Shown: positions 38,790 to 51,729, counted from the first letter of the stretch. The stretch is 64,000 nucleotides of DNA from Mytilus californianus (GCF_021869535.1 NW_026262679.1:43276001-43340000), one strand, 5' to 3'. A program made the numbers and translations. The notes: generated by a model from the sequence alone, not told the origin.

Positions 38790-40120
38790 CATTGCTGTAT
38801 TATCATTGCTGCATTATGTATAAGACGTTGGTAGATACTGTCTTGTCATTCCTGATTATGTTAAAGACGTTGGTAGATGTTGTCTTGTTATTCCTGATTA
38901 TGTTAAAGACGTTGGTAGATGTTGTCTTGTTATTGCTGCATTATGCATTAGACGCTTCTAGATGTTGTCTTGTTATTGCTTGTTAAATATGATACGTTGG
39001 TAGATGTTGTCTTGTTATTGCTCATTATGTATAAGACATTGGAAGATGGTGTCTTGTTATTGCTGCATTATATATAAGACGTTGGTAGATGTTGTCTTGT
39101 TATTGCTCATTATGTATAAGACGTTGGTAGATGATGTCTTGTTATTGCTGCATTATGTATAAGACATTGGTAGATGTTGTCTTGTTATTGTCTATTATAT
39201 TAAGGACGTTGATAGATGATGTCTTGTTATTGCTAATTCAGTATAAGACATATGTAGATGCTGTCTTGTTTTTGCTTATTAAGTATAAAACGTTGGTTAA
39301 TGTTGTCTTATTATCGCTCATTAGGTATAAGACGCTGTTAAATGCTGTCTTTATATTGCTCATTATTACCAGGACGTAGATAGATGTAGTCTTGTTATTG
39401 CTGCATTATGTATAAGACGCTTCCAGATGTTGTCTTGTTTATGCTCATTAAGTATAAGTCGTCGATAGATGGTGTCGTGTTATTGCCCATTATGTTTAAG
39501 ACGTTGGTCGATGGTTTCTTGTTATTGTGTCTAGTTATTGCTCAGCATGTATAAGACGTAGGTAGATGGCGTCTTTTTATTTTTCACTATTTATAAGGCG
39601 TTGGTTAATGCTGTCTTATTGCTCATTAAGTATAAGACGTTGTTAGATGCTGTCTTTGTATTGCTCATTATTGAAAAGACGTTGATAGATGTAGTCTTGT
39701 TATTCCCGCTATATGTATAAGACGCTCCTAGATACTGTCTTATTATTGCTCAATAGTATAAGACGTTGATAGATGGTGTTTTGTTATTACCGATTATGTA
39801 TAAGACATTGATAGATGGTGTCTTGTTATTGCTCATTATGTATAAGACATTGATAGATGGTGTCCTGTTAGTGGACATTATGTTTAAGACGTCGGCAAAT
39901 GCTGTCTTGTTATTGCTTTATATATATAAGACGATGGTAGATGTTGTCTTGTTATTTTTATTATTTATAAAACGTTGGTAGATGTCTTGTCATTGCTCAT
40001 TAAGTATAAGACGTTGGTAGATGCTGTTTTGTTATTGCTCATTATGTATAAGACGTTGGTAGATTTTTTCTTGTTTTTGCTCATTATGTATAAAACGTTA
40101 GTAGATGCTGTATTGTTATT
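38790..40120. repeat. ~42-44-bp minisatellite, roughly 30 units
   Basis: Consensus TATAAGACGTTGGTAGATGTTGTCTTGTTATTGCTCATTATG. Confidence 0.95.
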
Positions 40121-40619
40121 ATAGGATTAAACGACTTTTTAAAGGAATGTATTGGTGTATAAACTGGACCAATTCACTCACAAACATGGAAAAGTCGGAA
40201 GGAAAGATTTGTGAGCGACTTCCCGCACTGAAGTCAACCATAGATACAATAGATGAAACGCGACGTCGTTACTCCCGCGGTATTCTCAATATCCTCAAAT
40301 CCCGTAGCTGCAGTTGAAATTCTGCGTAATATAATGACGCTTGTGGTCATATAGTTTCATCGAATGCAAATAGTTGGAAACATTCACTGGTTAAATAGTT
40401 CAACGCTTGCAATTTAAAATAACAGTGAAAATATTGTGTATTCGTTTTATATAGAAAATGATAACTGAGGTATAATAAAGGTCCATATCCCATGTGAAAG
40501 GTGGACCAAGAGATATAAAACACTGACAACGAATTGTGAGCCCGTATCCCTTTTGAAGGGTGATCCAGGAGATATGAAACACTGATGAGCCCAGTATCTC
40601 ATGTGAAGATCCCGAATGG

Positions 40620-41655
40620 TACATGATATGACCACAAATTACTTAAAACCTTTACTAAATTCTTCCATAGATATAAAGATTTGGTTTTGAAGTTTGGTTG
40701 TACCTGTAGAAAACTTATTTCAAACGGGATAGCACATCCTCATTTTTACGGAGATGTTGTTTACCGTGCCCGGAAATTTAGAAACGATCCTGTTAAACTT
40801 ATGGATCCTTTAAATAAACTTTTTCTTAAAGGTTACCAATTCAACACTGTATTTAGATCTTTAAATATTGTTTTTATTGGTATTAATATTGATTTTGTTA
40901 TCAGTAAATTAAAAGCAAACTAAATATTATTGTTATATACATATGCAAATTCATGGATCTACAATCTGTCGATAGCTGTATCTTGGCATTGCACAAGGTC
41001 ATGTTTTTCTCTGACTGTTTATGACGTCTTTACATTAAATCCATTGGATGTTGGATGTGTATTGATTGATAATTTAGTCTTAGATGCATGATGTTTTTTA
41101 TTAGTTGTTATTGGCTTTGAACTAGCTGTCAGTAACTGCGAGTACTCTCGGATCTGTACTTAGAGTCTTTCTGTTGTTGGGATGTACGAGTACCCGGCCA
41201 CGTCCACTCTGTGTTTTTGTTAGATGTATTTCTAGTCGTATTCATCTGATGAGTTAAGACTTTTCCAACTGATTTTTATAGTTCGTTTTTATGTTGTACC
41301 GTTACACCACTGTCCCAGGTTAGGGGGAGGGTTGAGATCCCGCTAACATGTTTAACCCCGTCACATTCTGTATGTATGTGCCTGTCCCAAGTCAGGAGCC
41401 TGTAATTCAGTGGTTGTCGATTGTTGATGTGTTACATACTTGTTTTTCGTTCATTGTTTTTGTACATAAACTAAGCCATTAGTTTTCTCGTTTGAATTGT
41501 TTTACATTTGTCTTTTCGGGGTCTTTTATAGCTGACTATGCGGTATGGGCTTTGCTCATTGCCGTACGGTGACCTATAGGTGTTCATTTCTTTGTCATTT
41601 GGTCTCTTGTGAAGAGTTGTCTCATTGGCAATCATACCGCATCTTCTGTTTTATA
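40620..41655 (+). mobile_element. Naiad-type PLE, 3' end of RT ORF (stop 40923) plus complete 3' UTR
   Basis: YDHKLLKTFTKFFHRYKDLVLKFGCTCRKLISNGIAHPHFYG...VISKLKAN is homologous to the C-terminus of the 16450 RT. Confidence 0.9.
41013..41079 (+). ncRNA. SECIS element, form 2, in the second PLE copy
   Basis: GACT-gttt-ATGAC-GTCTTTACAT-TAA-ATCCA-ttggatgt-TGGAT-GTGTATTGAT-TGAT-aattt-AGTC; 8/10 pairs in helix II. Folded by eye. Confidence 0.7.
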
Positions 41656-41690
41656 TATACATACATATAACGCTATACAAAGTTTCTTAC

Positions 41691-41902
41691 TTGCCTGCCG
41701 CGGGCGTTTAAAGTGCCTGGTTTACAAATAAGAAGTGGGCCGACCAAACCGGAGTACTGATTCCGAGCATAATCAACAAATGATTGGTACGTTTCTGTTA
41801 CACATTGTGGATCTTCTTTTGTAGGTCCATAATCCAATGGTACAGTAAAAATATAGCGACGTTGTTTTCCAGGCATTGCAGCAGCACCGGAAACTTCACT
41901 GC
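41691..41902 (-). CDS. Multicopper oxidase exon (domain 3, second half)
   Basis: TTTCAG|GCAGT...CAA|GTAAGA; YIFTVPLDYGPTKEDPQC...YSGLVGPLLICKPGTL; 212 nt, phase 1 to 0. Confidence 0.95.
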
Positions 41903-43044
41903 CTGAAAGATAAACAGTCAATAAAGAGATACATGTCATCTGTACGTCATTATAGTTAATAAAGAGATCATACCTTTCGTCTGTATGTCATTACGTTTAA
42001 TTCATTATCACTGAACTAGTATATATATTTGTTTAGGGGCCAGCTGAAGGACGCCTCCTGGTGCGGGAATTTCTCGCTGCATTGAAGACCTGTTGGTGAC
42101 CTTCTGCTGTTGTCTGTTCTATGGTCGGGTTGTTGTCTCTTTGACACATTCCCCATTTCCATTCTCAATTTTATACCTGTCGTCTGTATGTCATTGCGGT
42201 AAATGCAGATACACATGTAGTATGTATGTCTGTTTTTTAAAACAAAGCAAATACTGAAATTGAAATGACCGAATTTCAAAATGCATATAAAATATTATTG
42301 AACTACCATTTGTTGTTCCAATTAAACTGATCTAATCATAGGATACCAGCTGTTTTCAATTTGCAAAATAAAGAAAAATTCATGACGACTTACTAATCCA
42401 CAAAGTACCAATGCTGATACTGCAGAATACATACTATCATTGACTTAATCATACTTAAGACTAATTTTATAGAACATATTGAAAAGTGTTGCTGCTCCCG
42501 AAGGTTATTAAACATTTAAGTTTTAACAGATACCAGATAATAATTTAAACATTTACAAGATATCTGATCATAATTTAAGAGTTACCTGATGAGCTCTTGA
42601 AGGTTATTGGTCAGGTTTGTTTTATTAGTTATCACATTTTTCGGCAATCAAATGCTCAAATTTGCGTGGAATTGTATGCCTCTTTAGTTTAACAAAAAAT
42701 TCCGAAAATAAACATAAACCAGAAAGGATATATTCGTGACGTTGCTTAAGTGTTTTTTTGTGTGTTTTTTTTGTGTGTGTAACATGATAGAAATACCCAC
42801 TACAGACCAACATCGATCCTTCTAAAATATTTCAGATTAAAATTTAACAGATATAACGATTTAATTTCACAGATAATCATATAACATTTGAACAGATGTC
42901 AGGGTTTGATTGAACATAAATCAGGATTTGATTCAGCAATATCTTTATAACTAACAACTATCAGCGTTTGAATTAACAGATATCAAATATTAATTTTTCA
43001 GTAAACCTTCAATAGTTTGTTTTCTAAGTGTATACTAGTAACTT

Positions 43045-44070
43045 GTCAGTCTAGTATAGATATTAAGAAGACTACCAATTCCTAAGGGTAAATTTAGTCC
43101 GGCATTAAGTCTAGCATAGACATTAAGAAGACTCTAATTTATCAAGGGTATAATTTTATAATTTATGAGTCAGTTAGTCAAGTATATATATTCAAAAGAT
43201 CCCAATTTCTAAAGATATATTTCGTCAGGCAGTTATTCAGACGATTCTCAACTCGTCAGGGTATAATTCGACAGGCAGTTAGTCTGCCATGGACATTAAT
43301 AATACTCTCAATTCCTCAGGGTTTAATTCGACAAGTAGCTATTCTATCATACATATTAAGAGAACTTTCAATTCCTAAGGGTATCATTTGTCAGGCAGTT
43401 AGTCTAACATGTATATGCAGAAGACTCTCAATTCGTAAGGGTATAATTCATTAGGTAGTTAGTCTAGCATTGATAACAAGAAGACTGAATTCCTAATGAC
43501 ATAATTCGTTCAGTAGCTAGTCTATCATAAATATTCAGAAGACTCTTAATTCCTACGGCTTTAATTCGTCAGGTAGTTAGTCTAGCATATATACTCAGTA
43601 AACTCTCGATTCCTAAGTGTATAATTCGTCAGGCAGTAAGTCAATCATGGATATTTAGACGACTCTCAATTCTAAATGGTATAATCGCATGCAGTTAGTC
43701 TAGCATAGATATTAAAAGAAGACTCTCAATATCTAAGGGTATATTTGTCAGGCAGTTAGTCTAGCATAGATATTCAGAAGACTCCTAATTTATACGGATA
43801 TATTTCGTCAGGCAGTTAGTCTAGCATGCATAATCAAAAGACTCTCATCTCTTAATGATATGTCAGACAGTATTCTGGCATCGACATTCATAAACTATCA
43901 ATTCCGACGTGTATTATTCGTCCAGTAGCTAGGGGACTTTCAATTCCTAAGAATATAATTCGCCAGGCATTTAGTATAGCACGAATATTCACAAGACTCT
44001 CAATTCCTAAGGGTATAATTCGTACAATAGTAAGTCCAGCATGGATATTCAGTGGACTCTCCAAAGGGTA
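43045..44070. repeat. ~61-bp minisatellite x~16
   Basis: Consensus AGGCAGTTAGTCTAGCATAGATATTCAGAAGACTCTCAATTCCTAAGGGTATAATTCGTC. Confidence 0.9.
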
Positions 44071-44689
44071 TGAAAAATCAACAGAAGTGAAGCAAGATAT
44101 TTATTTTTTATTTTGACATTCCATGAAAAAGTTCTGAGCCAACACGTAGAACTTGAGCATTGTAATTAATTATTTGTTGTAAATTCAATTCATTATCCTT
44201 TAAATTATCTATTTTTGATTGGTCTACACTAGAGGGTGACATTCAAAAAATTGTCTCCCGTTCAGTCATGAGCTAGAGTAAATTGTCTCCCTCGTATTAG
44301 CCAATCAAATCTGGCATTTTAATGTGGAGTATAATAAATCCTAATGACTATCAAAGGTGCTTGTAGGTCATCTACTATTCGTCTCTGCCATATCCTGTTC
44401 CAAGTCACGAATAATGCAGTTGTTACCACATAGTCCGTTTCTATGTATGTTGACGTTTATTTTTGGTGCACTTCGGTGTTTCTGTTGTTCCGTTGTTTTC
44501 CTCTTATAGTTGATGTGTTTCCCTCGGTTTTAGTTTGTAATCAGGATTTGTTTTCTCTCTATCGATTTATGACTTTTGAACAGAGCTATACTGCTGTTGC
44601 CTTTATCTATCGTAGCTGCTAGCTGCTGAAGGTTATATTGTATGTCATACTGCTTTTGATCTTTAGAAATCATTTGAACGGCTCTGTTG

Positions 44690-45166
44690 TTAACCATGTC
44701 ATATTATAGATGCACGTAGGTCACCTTGTTATTTTCAATATCACATTATAGGTGCCTGTAGGTCACCATGTTATTTACCAAACCCTATCATAGGTGCCTG
44801 TAGGTCGTCCTGCTATTTATCCGTACCATATGTGCCTGCAGGTCACAATGTTTCACTAACTAGGTGACTGCAATTGTCATTACCATATATTATCCTACGT
44901 AATTATCAATAGTGACTGTTGATCACCCTGCTATTGATTTATACCATATCATATCCTATGTGCCTGTATGCAACACTGCTTCTTATCTTTACCATATCAT
45001 TTCAACGGTGCCTGTACGTCACCCTGTTGTTTACCATATCATATATAGATGCCCATAGGTCACCTTGTTATTTTCCATATCATATATAGAAGCCCGTAGA
45101 TCACCTTGTAATTTTCCATATCATATATAGATGCCCGTAGGTCACTTTGTTATTTTCCATATCATA
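44690..45166. repeat. ~40-45-bp minisatellite, orientation A
   Basis: Recurrent TAGGTGCCTGTAGGTCACC...TTACCATATCATA. Confidence 0.85.
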
Positions 45167-45700
45167 CTAGAACACACCCGCGAAATCGCGGGCATTTAGA
45201 GTGTGGTTGAAAGTATGTAAACTGTATTAGGATGAATTTTTGTAAAAGATTTTATGACTGGAGAATTTCAGGAAAGGTATCAAAAGTCATAGGTACTGCG
45301 ACAGGACAATATTTTCTAGCCCGCTCCCTTTTTTTCAAAGTCCGTTATTTTTTTGTTTTCTGTTAATTTCCATTATTTTCGCGTTTTCTGTATACTAAGA
45401 ACATGCATAATTGTTTATCATAAATAAAGTGTATTTTCTATTTACTATCAATTCCAACTTTATCATCCACGGCGGTCACTGATATATTATCTCTATATTT
45501 TATAGTAGTATGATCATAGTATACATGCAGATAAACGCGACAATAATTGTCCTGTCCCCGAGTACTTATGAAAATTATGTGTAATTTTAAAACAGTCCTA
45601 AACGGAAGTCTTGTCTATGACTTAAAAGTCCGTCCGATGACGGAAACAATATCCGGACGCCTTTATTTTCGTTTTTCTCCCAAAATAACCCAAAACTATA
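45167..45700 (-). mobile_element. Non-autonomous Helitron 3' end
   Basis: Minus strand: hairpin CCCGCGA-TT-TCGCGGG, then TGTGTT and CTAG (45170-45167) followed by T, the canonical Helitron terminus. 5' end uncertain. Confidence 0.75.
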
Positions 45701-45719
45701 GACTATAGAACAGATATAT

Positions 45720-46220
45720 ACCAGGTGACTTGTAGGCACCTATGATAGTATATGGTGCACATAAAAAGTTGTATGACCTGCAGTCACCTATAGACTATGG
45801 TACAGATAAAACGCTCTGGGACCTGCAGGCACCTATGATAGGCTTTGTTGCAGATGTATGGTGATGTGACTAGCAGGCACCTAAAATAGGCTATGGTACA
45901 GATAAATAGCAGTGTGACCTACAGGCATCCATGATAGGCTATGGTGCAGATAAAAAGTTGCATGACCTACAGGCACCTATGATAGGATATAGTGCAGATC
46001 TATAGTGAAGTGACCGACAGGCTCCTATCATAGACTATAGTGCAGATATATGGTGATGTGAGACCAACAGGCACCCATGATAGGCTTTGATCTATGGTGA
46101 TGTGCTGTGCATGCATCTATGATAGGTTATGGTGCAGATAAATAGCAGTGTGACCTGCAGGCTCCCATGATAGGCTATGGTGCAGATCATAAGTGAAATG
46201 ACATACAGGCACCTATGATA
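45720..46220. repeat. Same minisatellite in inverted orientation B; resumes at 47335-47630
   Basis: Recurrent GACCTGCAGGCACCTATGATAGGCTATGGTGCAGAT, the reverse complement of the orientation A unit. Confidence 0.85.
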
Positions 46221-46221
46221 A

Positions 46222-47325
46222 CTGGGAGTACTCTCAGATCTGTACTGATTGTTTTTTTGGTTTTGTTATTTGCATGTAGAACTACCCATCCACGTCCACT
46301 TTGTATTATTGTTAGATCATGATGTATTTCTATTTGTATCCATCTGATGAGTTAAGGGCATACGATACAGTGCAGGGGAGGTAATGACGTTGCTAACGAA
46401 AAATGTTATTTTCGCGACGTCATCGGGAAAAGATGCATTTGTCTACTGTATTTTGTGATTTAAACTGATTTAACCTGAAAACGAGTACATGGACGCCTCT
46501 TTTTTAAAATGGCATTAGGTTTGATTACGTATGAAGATAATTTGTACCAATTTTAATGAAAAAGTCAACATTGACATTTTTTTTTAATTTAAATTTGATT
46601 AATAAACCGCAAACATGCCTTTTTTTTTTACTAAAATCCTGAAACTTGTTAACAATTAATTATTTCCAAAGAACTGTTGAACATATTAAGACCATATTTA
46701 TGTAAAGAAGATTTTCATAATATTTCTATAAAAATCCGCTTGTGTTTATCTGTTGAAATAAGAGGTTAGGTGTGTCTATCCAAAGAATAGAAATGTCCAA
46801 AAAACCGAAATTTTGAGTAAAAGTCTAAGATTTCTACCTCTGTTATCTCTTAAAGTAGCACATGAAGGTATATTTGAATTTCTAAGATGAAAAATAGCTT
46901 GTATGCAAATTTTCGTAAAAAATCTTCTTTGGTGTAAAACTGTATCGTATGCCTTTAAGCCTTTTTCAACTAATTTGTATAGTCTGTTCTTATGTTGTAT
47001 TGTAACACCACTGTCCAAGGTTAGGGGAGAGTTGGCGGCTTCAAACTAATTCTGTATGTGCCTTTCCCAATCAGGAACTGGTAATTCAGTGGTTGTCATT
47101 TGTTGCTGTGTTGCTGTGTTACATGTTTGATTTTTGTTCATTTTCTCGTTTGAATTGCTTTACATTTGTCATTTTGGAGCCTTTTATAGCTGACTATGCG
47201 GTATGGGCTTTGCTCATTGTTAAGGGTCGTAAGGGGACCTATAGTTGTTAATTTCTGTGGCATTGGGTCTCTTGTGGAGAGGTGTCTCATTGGCAATCAT
47301 ACCACATCTTCCTTTTATATATATG
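46222..47325 (+). repeat. Naiad-type PLE 3' UTR copy split by a MITE
   Basis: GAGTACTCTCAGATCTGTACT...CATCTGATGAG|TTAA|GCCTTTTTCAAC...GGCAATCATACCACATCTTC is collinear with 41140-41650. Confidence 0.8.
46356..46954. mobile_element. Kolobok-like MITE (599 bp), TTAA TSD
   Basis: TIR GGGCATACGATACAGT / ACTGTATCGTATGCCT (15/16); TTAA at 46352-46355 and 46955-46958; purine-purine termini fit Kolobok rather than piggyBac. Confidence 0.8.
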
Positions 47326-47664
47326 GTTCAAATCTATAGTGATGTGCCCTGCATGCACCTACCATACATATGTGTAAATGAAACGTGTGACCTGCAGGCA
47401 CCTTTAATATCATATGGTGCAGATCTATGGAAATGTGACATGCAGGCACATATTATAGGCTATGGTACAGATAATTAGCATTGTGACCTGCTATGTTACA
47501 GATCTTAAGTGATGTGATTTGCAGGCATCTATGATACAGATATATTTTGGTGTGACCTGCAAGCACATTTAATACAGATAATTTAGCAATAGGTGTGACC
47601 TACAGGCACCTTTAGTATTGTTTATGATTATACGCGTAGGTATATGCAGTACTACTTTTTAATA

Positions 47665-48940
47665 AGTGGTGACTGGCAGTAACCCTTCACATAAGCTTTT
47701 ATCCTCGTGCTGTTCGCACACAGGAACTGTAAATGATAGACCAAGGTCCGGAAGACCTTGTTTAACTACCCGTTGTGATGACAGACTGGTTATTCGTCGT
47801 GCTAAAGCCAACCAATTTACTCCTGCCCCCAGCTTAGACACCACTGGCCTCCAGGAGGTCGTGTTAGTGTTCGAATATTGGTCCGTCGACTTCATAGAGG
47901 CAACCTAAGAGCACGTCGTGTTGTCAAGAGACCGGCTCTAACAGCGAGGCACTGTATAATCAGGTTTCAATGGGCTAATGACCATCGATGCTGGAACATG
48001 AGAAGCTGGACAAAAATTCATTGGTCAGATGAGAGGTTTCTGTTACGACCAGTAGACCCCAGAATACGAGTTTGGCGGGAAAATAAAACTGCCTATGACC
48101 AAAACAACATCTGCCTAACGACTGCATTCGGTGCTGGCAGTGTTACAGTATGGGGTTGCTTCTCATATCGTTGTAAGCTGGGTATGCATATTCTGCAGGT
48201 TAACATGAACGGACCGACATACAGGGATTTGGTGCTTAGAAACATTGTAGTCCCTCATTTTGATAATCACCCACGTGTGTCAAGACCCTTGTACATGGAC
48301 GACAACGCTAGACCACACAGGGCAAGGATTGTAACCGAGTACAAAGAGCAAGAAGCCATTGACACTATCTTTCGGCCTTCCATGTCTCCAGACATGAACC
48401 CTATCGAACATGTGTGGGATGCCATTGGCAAAAATCCCAATCGCAGAGATCCACCATTGCAAAATCTTGGCGATTGAAGAGTGGCAATAATTATTGTTGA
48501 TGCATGGAATAGATTTCCTCAATTAAAATTCAGAAGGCTTGTACAGCGTATGAGACGCCGTGTTATGGAACTATACCGGAAGAGAGGTGGTTACACATCC
48601 TATTGACTCAAATATTGACATTAAATTTGCCGAACATACCAAAGATTATTTGTAGAGAGTTTTATTGATATTGGGTGATTAATTGGTGTAAATAAAAATA
48701 AAATCACAGTGATACTTAAATTCCGTTTCTGATTTGTGTAATTTGCACTATTTCTATGAACGCAAAATACATAGAACCTGCATAAGTGACCAAACTTAAG
48801 TTTATGGTTTATTTATGGTGTATGCTAACAAAATTGCGACATGAATGTTTTCTCTTTTTTGAGGAATAACTGATTTTTTTAAATGAAAATAAAAATCGAT
48901 GCAATAAAAATAGGTAGTGCTTAACTTTTGGCGGACTGTA
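47665..48940 (+). mobile_element. Tc1/mariner (DD34E) transposon remnant; transposase pseudogene 47666-48606; right TIR plus TA
   Basis: DRPRSGRP, WSDE, VWGCFS, DDNARPH, SPDMNPIEHVWD (34 residues between D and E); frameshift near 47850; premature TGA at 48475; ends ...TTTTGGCGGACTG|TA. Confidence 0.9.
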
Positions 48941-48949
48941 TTTATTCAT

Positions 48950-49315
48950 AAGACTTTCAAGTCCTGGGTGTATACTAGTAACTCGTCAGACAGTTAGTGT
49001 AGCATAGATATTCACAAGTCAAGACTCTCAGTTTCGAGGGGTATAAATAGTCAGACAGTTAGTCTAATATGGATATTCAGAATTGAAAAGGGTATAGTTC
49101 TTCAAGTAGTAAGTTTTGCCCGGACATTCAGTGGGCCATCTATCTATTTCTAATGATATATCCGTCCAGTAGTTAGTTTAGGATGGATATTCAGTTGACT
49201 CTCTATTTCTAATGATATAATCCGTCCAGTAGTTAGTTTAGCATAGAGATCAATGGACTCTCAATTTCAAAGGGTATAAATCGTCCAATAGTTAGTCTAT
49301 CATAGATATTCATTA
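48950..49315. repeat. Second array of the ~61-bp minisatellite (~6 units)
   Basis: CAGTTAGT.TAGCATAGATATTCA units in the same orientation as 43045-44070. Confidence 0.8.
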
Positions 49316-50615
49316 AAAAAATTAGTGTTTATAACTGTACATTAATATGATTTTAGTGGTACATTGATACACATAGATTTTGAATTACCTTCTCCCTGTT
49401 CAAAAAACATGTTTAACCCCCCCCCCCCCCCCCCCCCCGCATTTTTGCGCATGTCCCAAGTCAGGAGCCTCTGGCCTTTGTTAGTCTTGTATCATTTTTA
49501 ATTTTAGTTTCCTGTGTATAATTTGGAGTGTAGTATGACGTCCATTATCACTGAACTAGTATACATATTTGTTTAGGGCCAGCTGAAGGACGCCTCCGGG
49601 TGCGGGAATTTCTCGTTGCATTGAAGACCTATTGGTGGCCTTCAGCTGTTGTCTGCTCTATGGTCGGGTTGTTGTCTCTTTGACACATTCCCCATTTCCA
49701 TTCTCAATTTTATTAATAAGTATATGATTATAAAAAGAGCGACATGTCTGTATTGACCTTTTCGTTAATTATGACATCATCTGCTGATGAGGACGGGAAT
49801 TAATAAGGCATGCATATACCTTTAATAGCTTCGACCTAACTTATCATACATATTTTGTAAGCCTGTTTTTTAAATTGGCCTATAATTATCGAATGATAAA
49901 TGATCCCCCTTCTGAAACAATTTTATGATTGTGTCTTACAAAATATTTGGTTTCGAACTTAAGGATGTTTTAAAAAAAGACCTTAATTTACACATTGAGT
50001 ATGTATACATAATGTAACAAAAAAGCAGATAAAACGCAAGGTAAGTCTGTCTGTTTTGAGATATAAGCAATTCAAATATTGGCGGGAATTGATTATCTCT
50101 AGATTTTTTATACACTGACACCTTTTTTTTCTAAAACTATGAAAACATAATAAGGATTATAAAAGATTTTCAAAATTAGCTTTTAAAACTGTATGTAATA
50201 AAATAATGAAAAGAAAACTTGTGGTTAACGGCTATTTTTAATGGCACCACATGCATAACACCAGAGTATTCCGAATATCTGACAAAAAAAGCATGTATAG
50301 CGAACATCATTATATGATGAAGAGGTTATTCCAAAGTCATGAATCATACGTTTTTTTTTTTTCATTTTATTTTAAAAAAATCATTTAATGTATTTGTTAT
50401 TGTTCATATTTACATTAATGACAAACCAACAAGCAATTATAATAAATTAGTGTCAACAGATAAAATGAATTTCCAACAGAAACATTGTCACAACTTTGTT
50501 TCACATGAATTATTATTAATTTCTCACATACTTATATATCATGATGTGTAATGTACTTATTAAATATTTGTTTTTATAAGTTATAATTATCATTGTTTAT
50601 TGTAATGATACTTAC

Positions 50616-50893
50616 TGAGTCTATTGTTTTTATAAAATGCTCCTTCGTTATCTTTAGTGAATGCAACACCAAATGGATTAAAGGAATAAGGCCGGCTTGC
50701 TTTGTTTAAAAGTGTAATTTCTAACATTTCTCCTACTTCAACTCTAACTGGAGGTCCAAGTATCCCCAAATGTTTCTCGTCCTTAAAGCGTTTTTTTCGT
50801 CTTTGAAATGATCCGTCTGTATACTCAATAAAAACTGCTTTAACAAAACGGCCTCCAACAGCTCCATCGCTTGTGAAGAATCGTTCTTCTATC
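50616..50893 (-). CDS. Multicopper oxidase exon (domain 3, first half)
   Basis: TTTAG|GATAGAAG...CTCA|GTAAGT; VGGRFVKAVFIEYTDGSF...KHLGILGPPVRVEVGE; 278 nt, phase 2 to 1. Confidence 0.95.
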
Positions 50894-51729
50894 CTAAATA
50901 TATGTAATACTTTCGACATTTAATAAACTGTTACTGAACAGCGGTATACTAATGTTGCTTTTATTTCCTGTCCAGACGACATATACACATGGATAACTGT
51001 TAAACTAATACTAAGAGTGGATCGACTTGATTGATATCATATTCGATTAAGAATTGCTTCAGAAGTTTTGGCAAAAAAAATGCTTTGGTCAATGTTTTAA
51101 ATAAGAGTAATGCAAAATGAAGTTTATCGCACTCACAATTCCCAAATATTTGTACTTTATTGTTTAAGAAGGGGGATCATTTATTATTCGATAATTATAG
51201 GCCAATTTAAAAAAATATTGTCTATTGTTCTAGCACAACCCTTAAAGAAGATGATACCAAAATTTATTGATGACAATAAAAAAAAAGTAAAATAACAAAA
51301 CAAAAAAGAGCTGCAAGGAAAATTCAAATCGGTAAGTCCCGGCAAAATCAAAAGCTCAAACGAATGGAAAACAACTGTCATATTTCTGACTTGGTACAGG
51401 CATTTCGTTATGTAGAAAATGGCGGATACAACCTGGTTTTATAGCTAGCTAACCCTCTCAATAAATTAAAGTCGCATAAAATTCCATTTTATTGACAACA
51501 ATGTGTGAACAAAACAAACAAACATAATAGATAAAAATGTGAAAAATAGGGGTACAACAGTCAACATTGTGTTATAATCTTAACCACAATAAAAAAAAAC
51601 AAATATGTCAATAAAGAAAAATAAAAAGGCATATAGACAGAGCAAATAAGCAGAAAAGAAAGACAAGAATAAAAAAGTTGACCATAGCACAACAAAACAT
51701 TGACGGGATGCATAAGTACACAGCCAAAC

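Noticed and set aside
37745-40120. Regular repeats as CRISPR arrays, and the ORFs within them (37897, 38732, 39131, 39766)
   Set aside because: Head-to-tail tandem units without unique spacers, no cas genes, eukaryotic context; the ORFs are artefacts of the repeat period.
41246-41275. CTGATGAGTTAAG... motif in Naiad UTR copies as a hammerhead
   Set aside because: Followed by CAACTGAT rather than a stem II-GAAA; I could not build a canonical core.
48475-48477. In-frame TGA in the Tc1 transposase as a second selenocysteine
   Set aside because: The position is not a conserved Cys, no SECIS was found downstream, and the ORF is otherwise frameshifted; an ordinary nonsense mutation.
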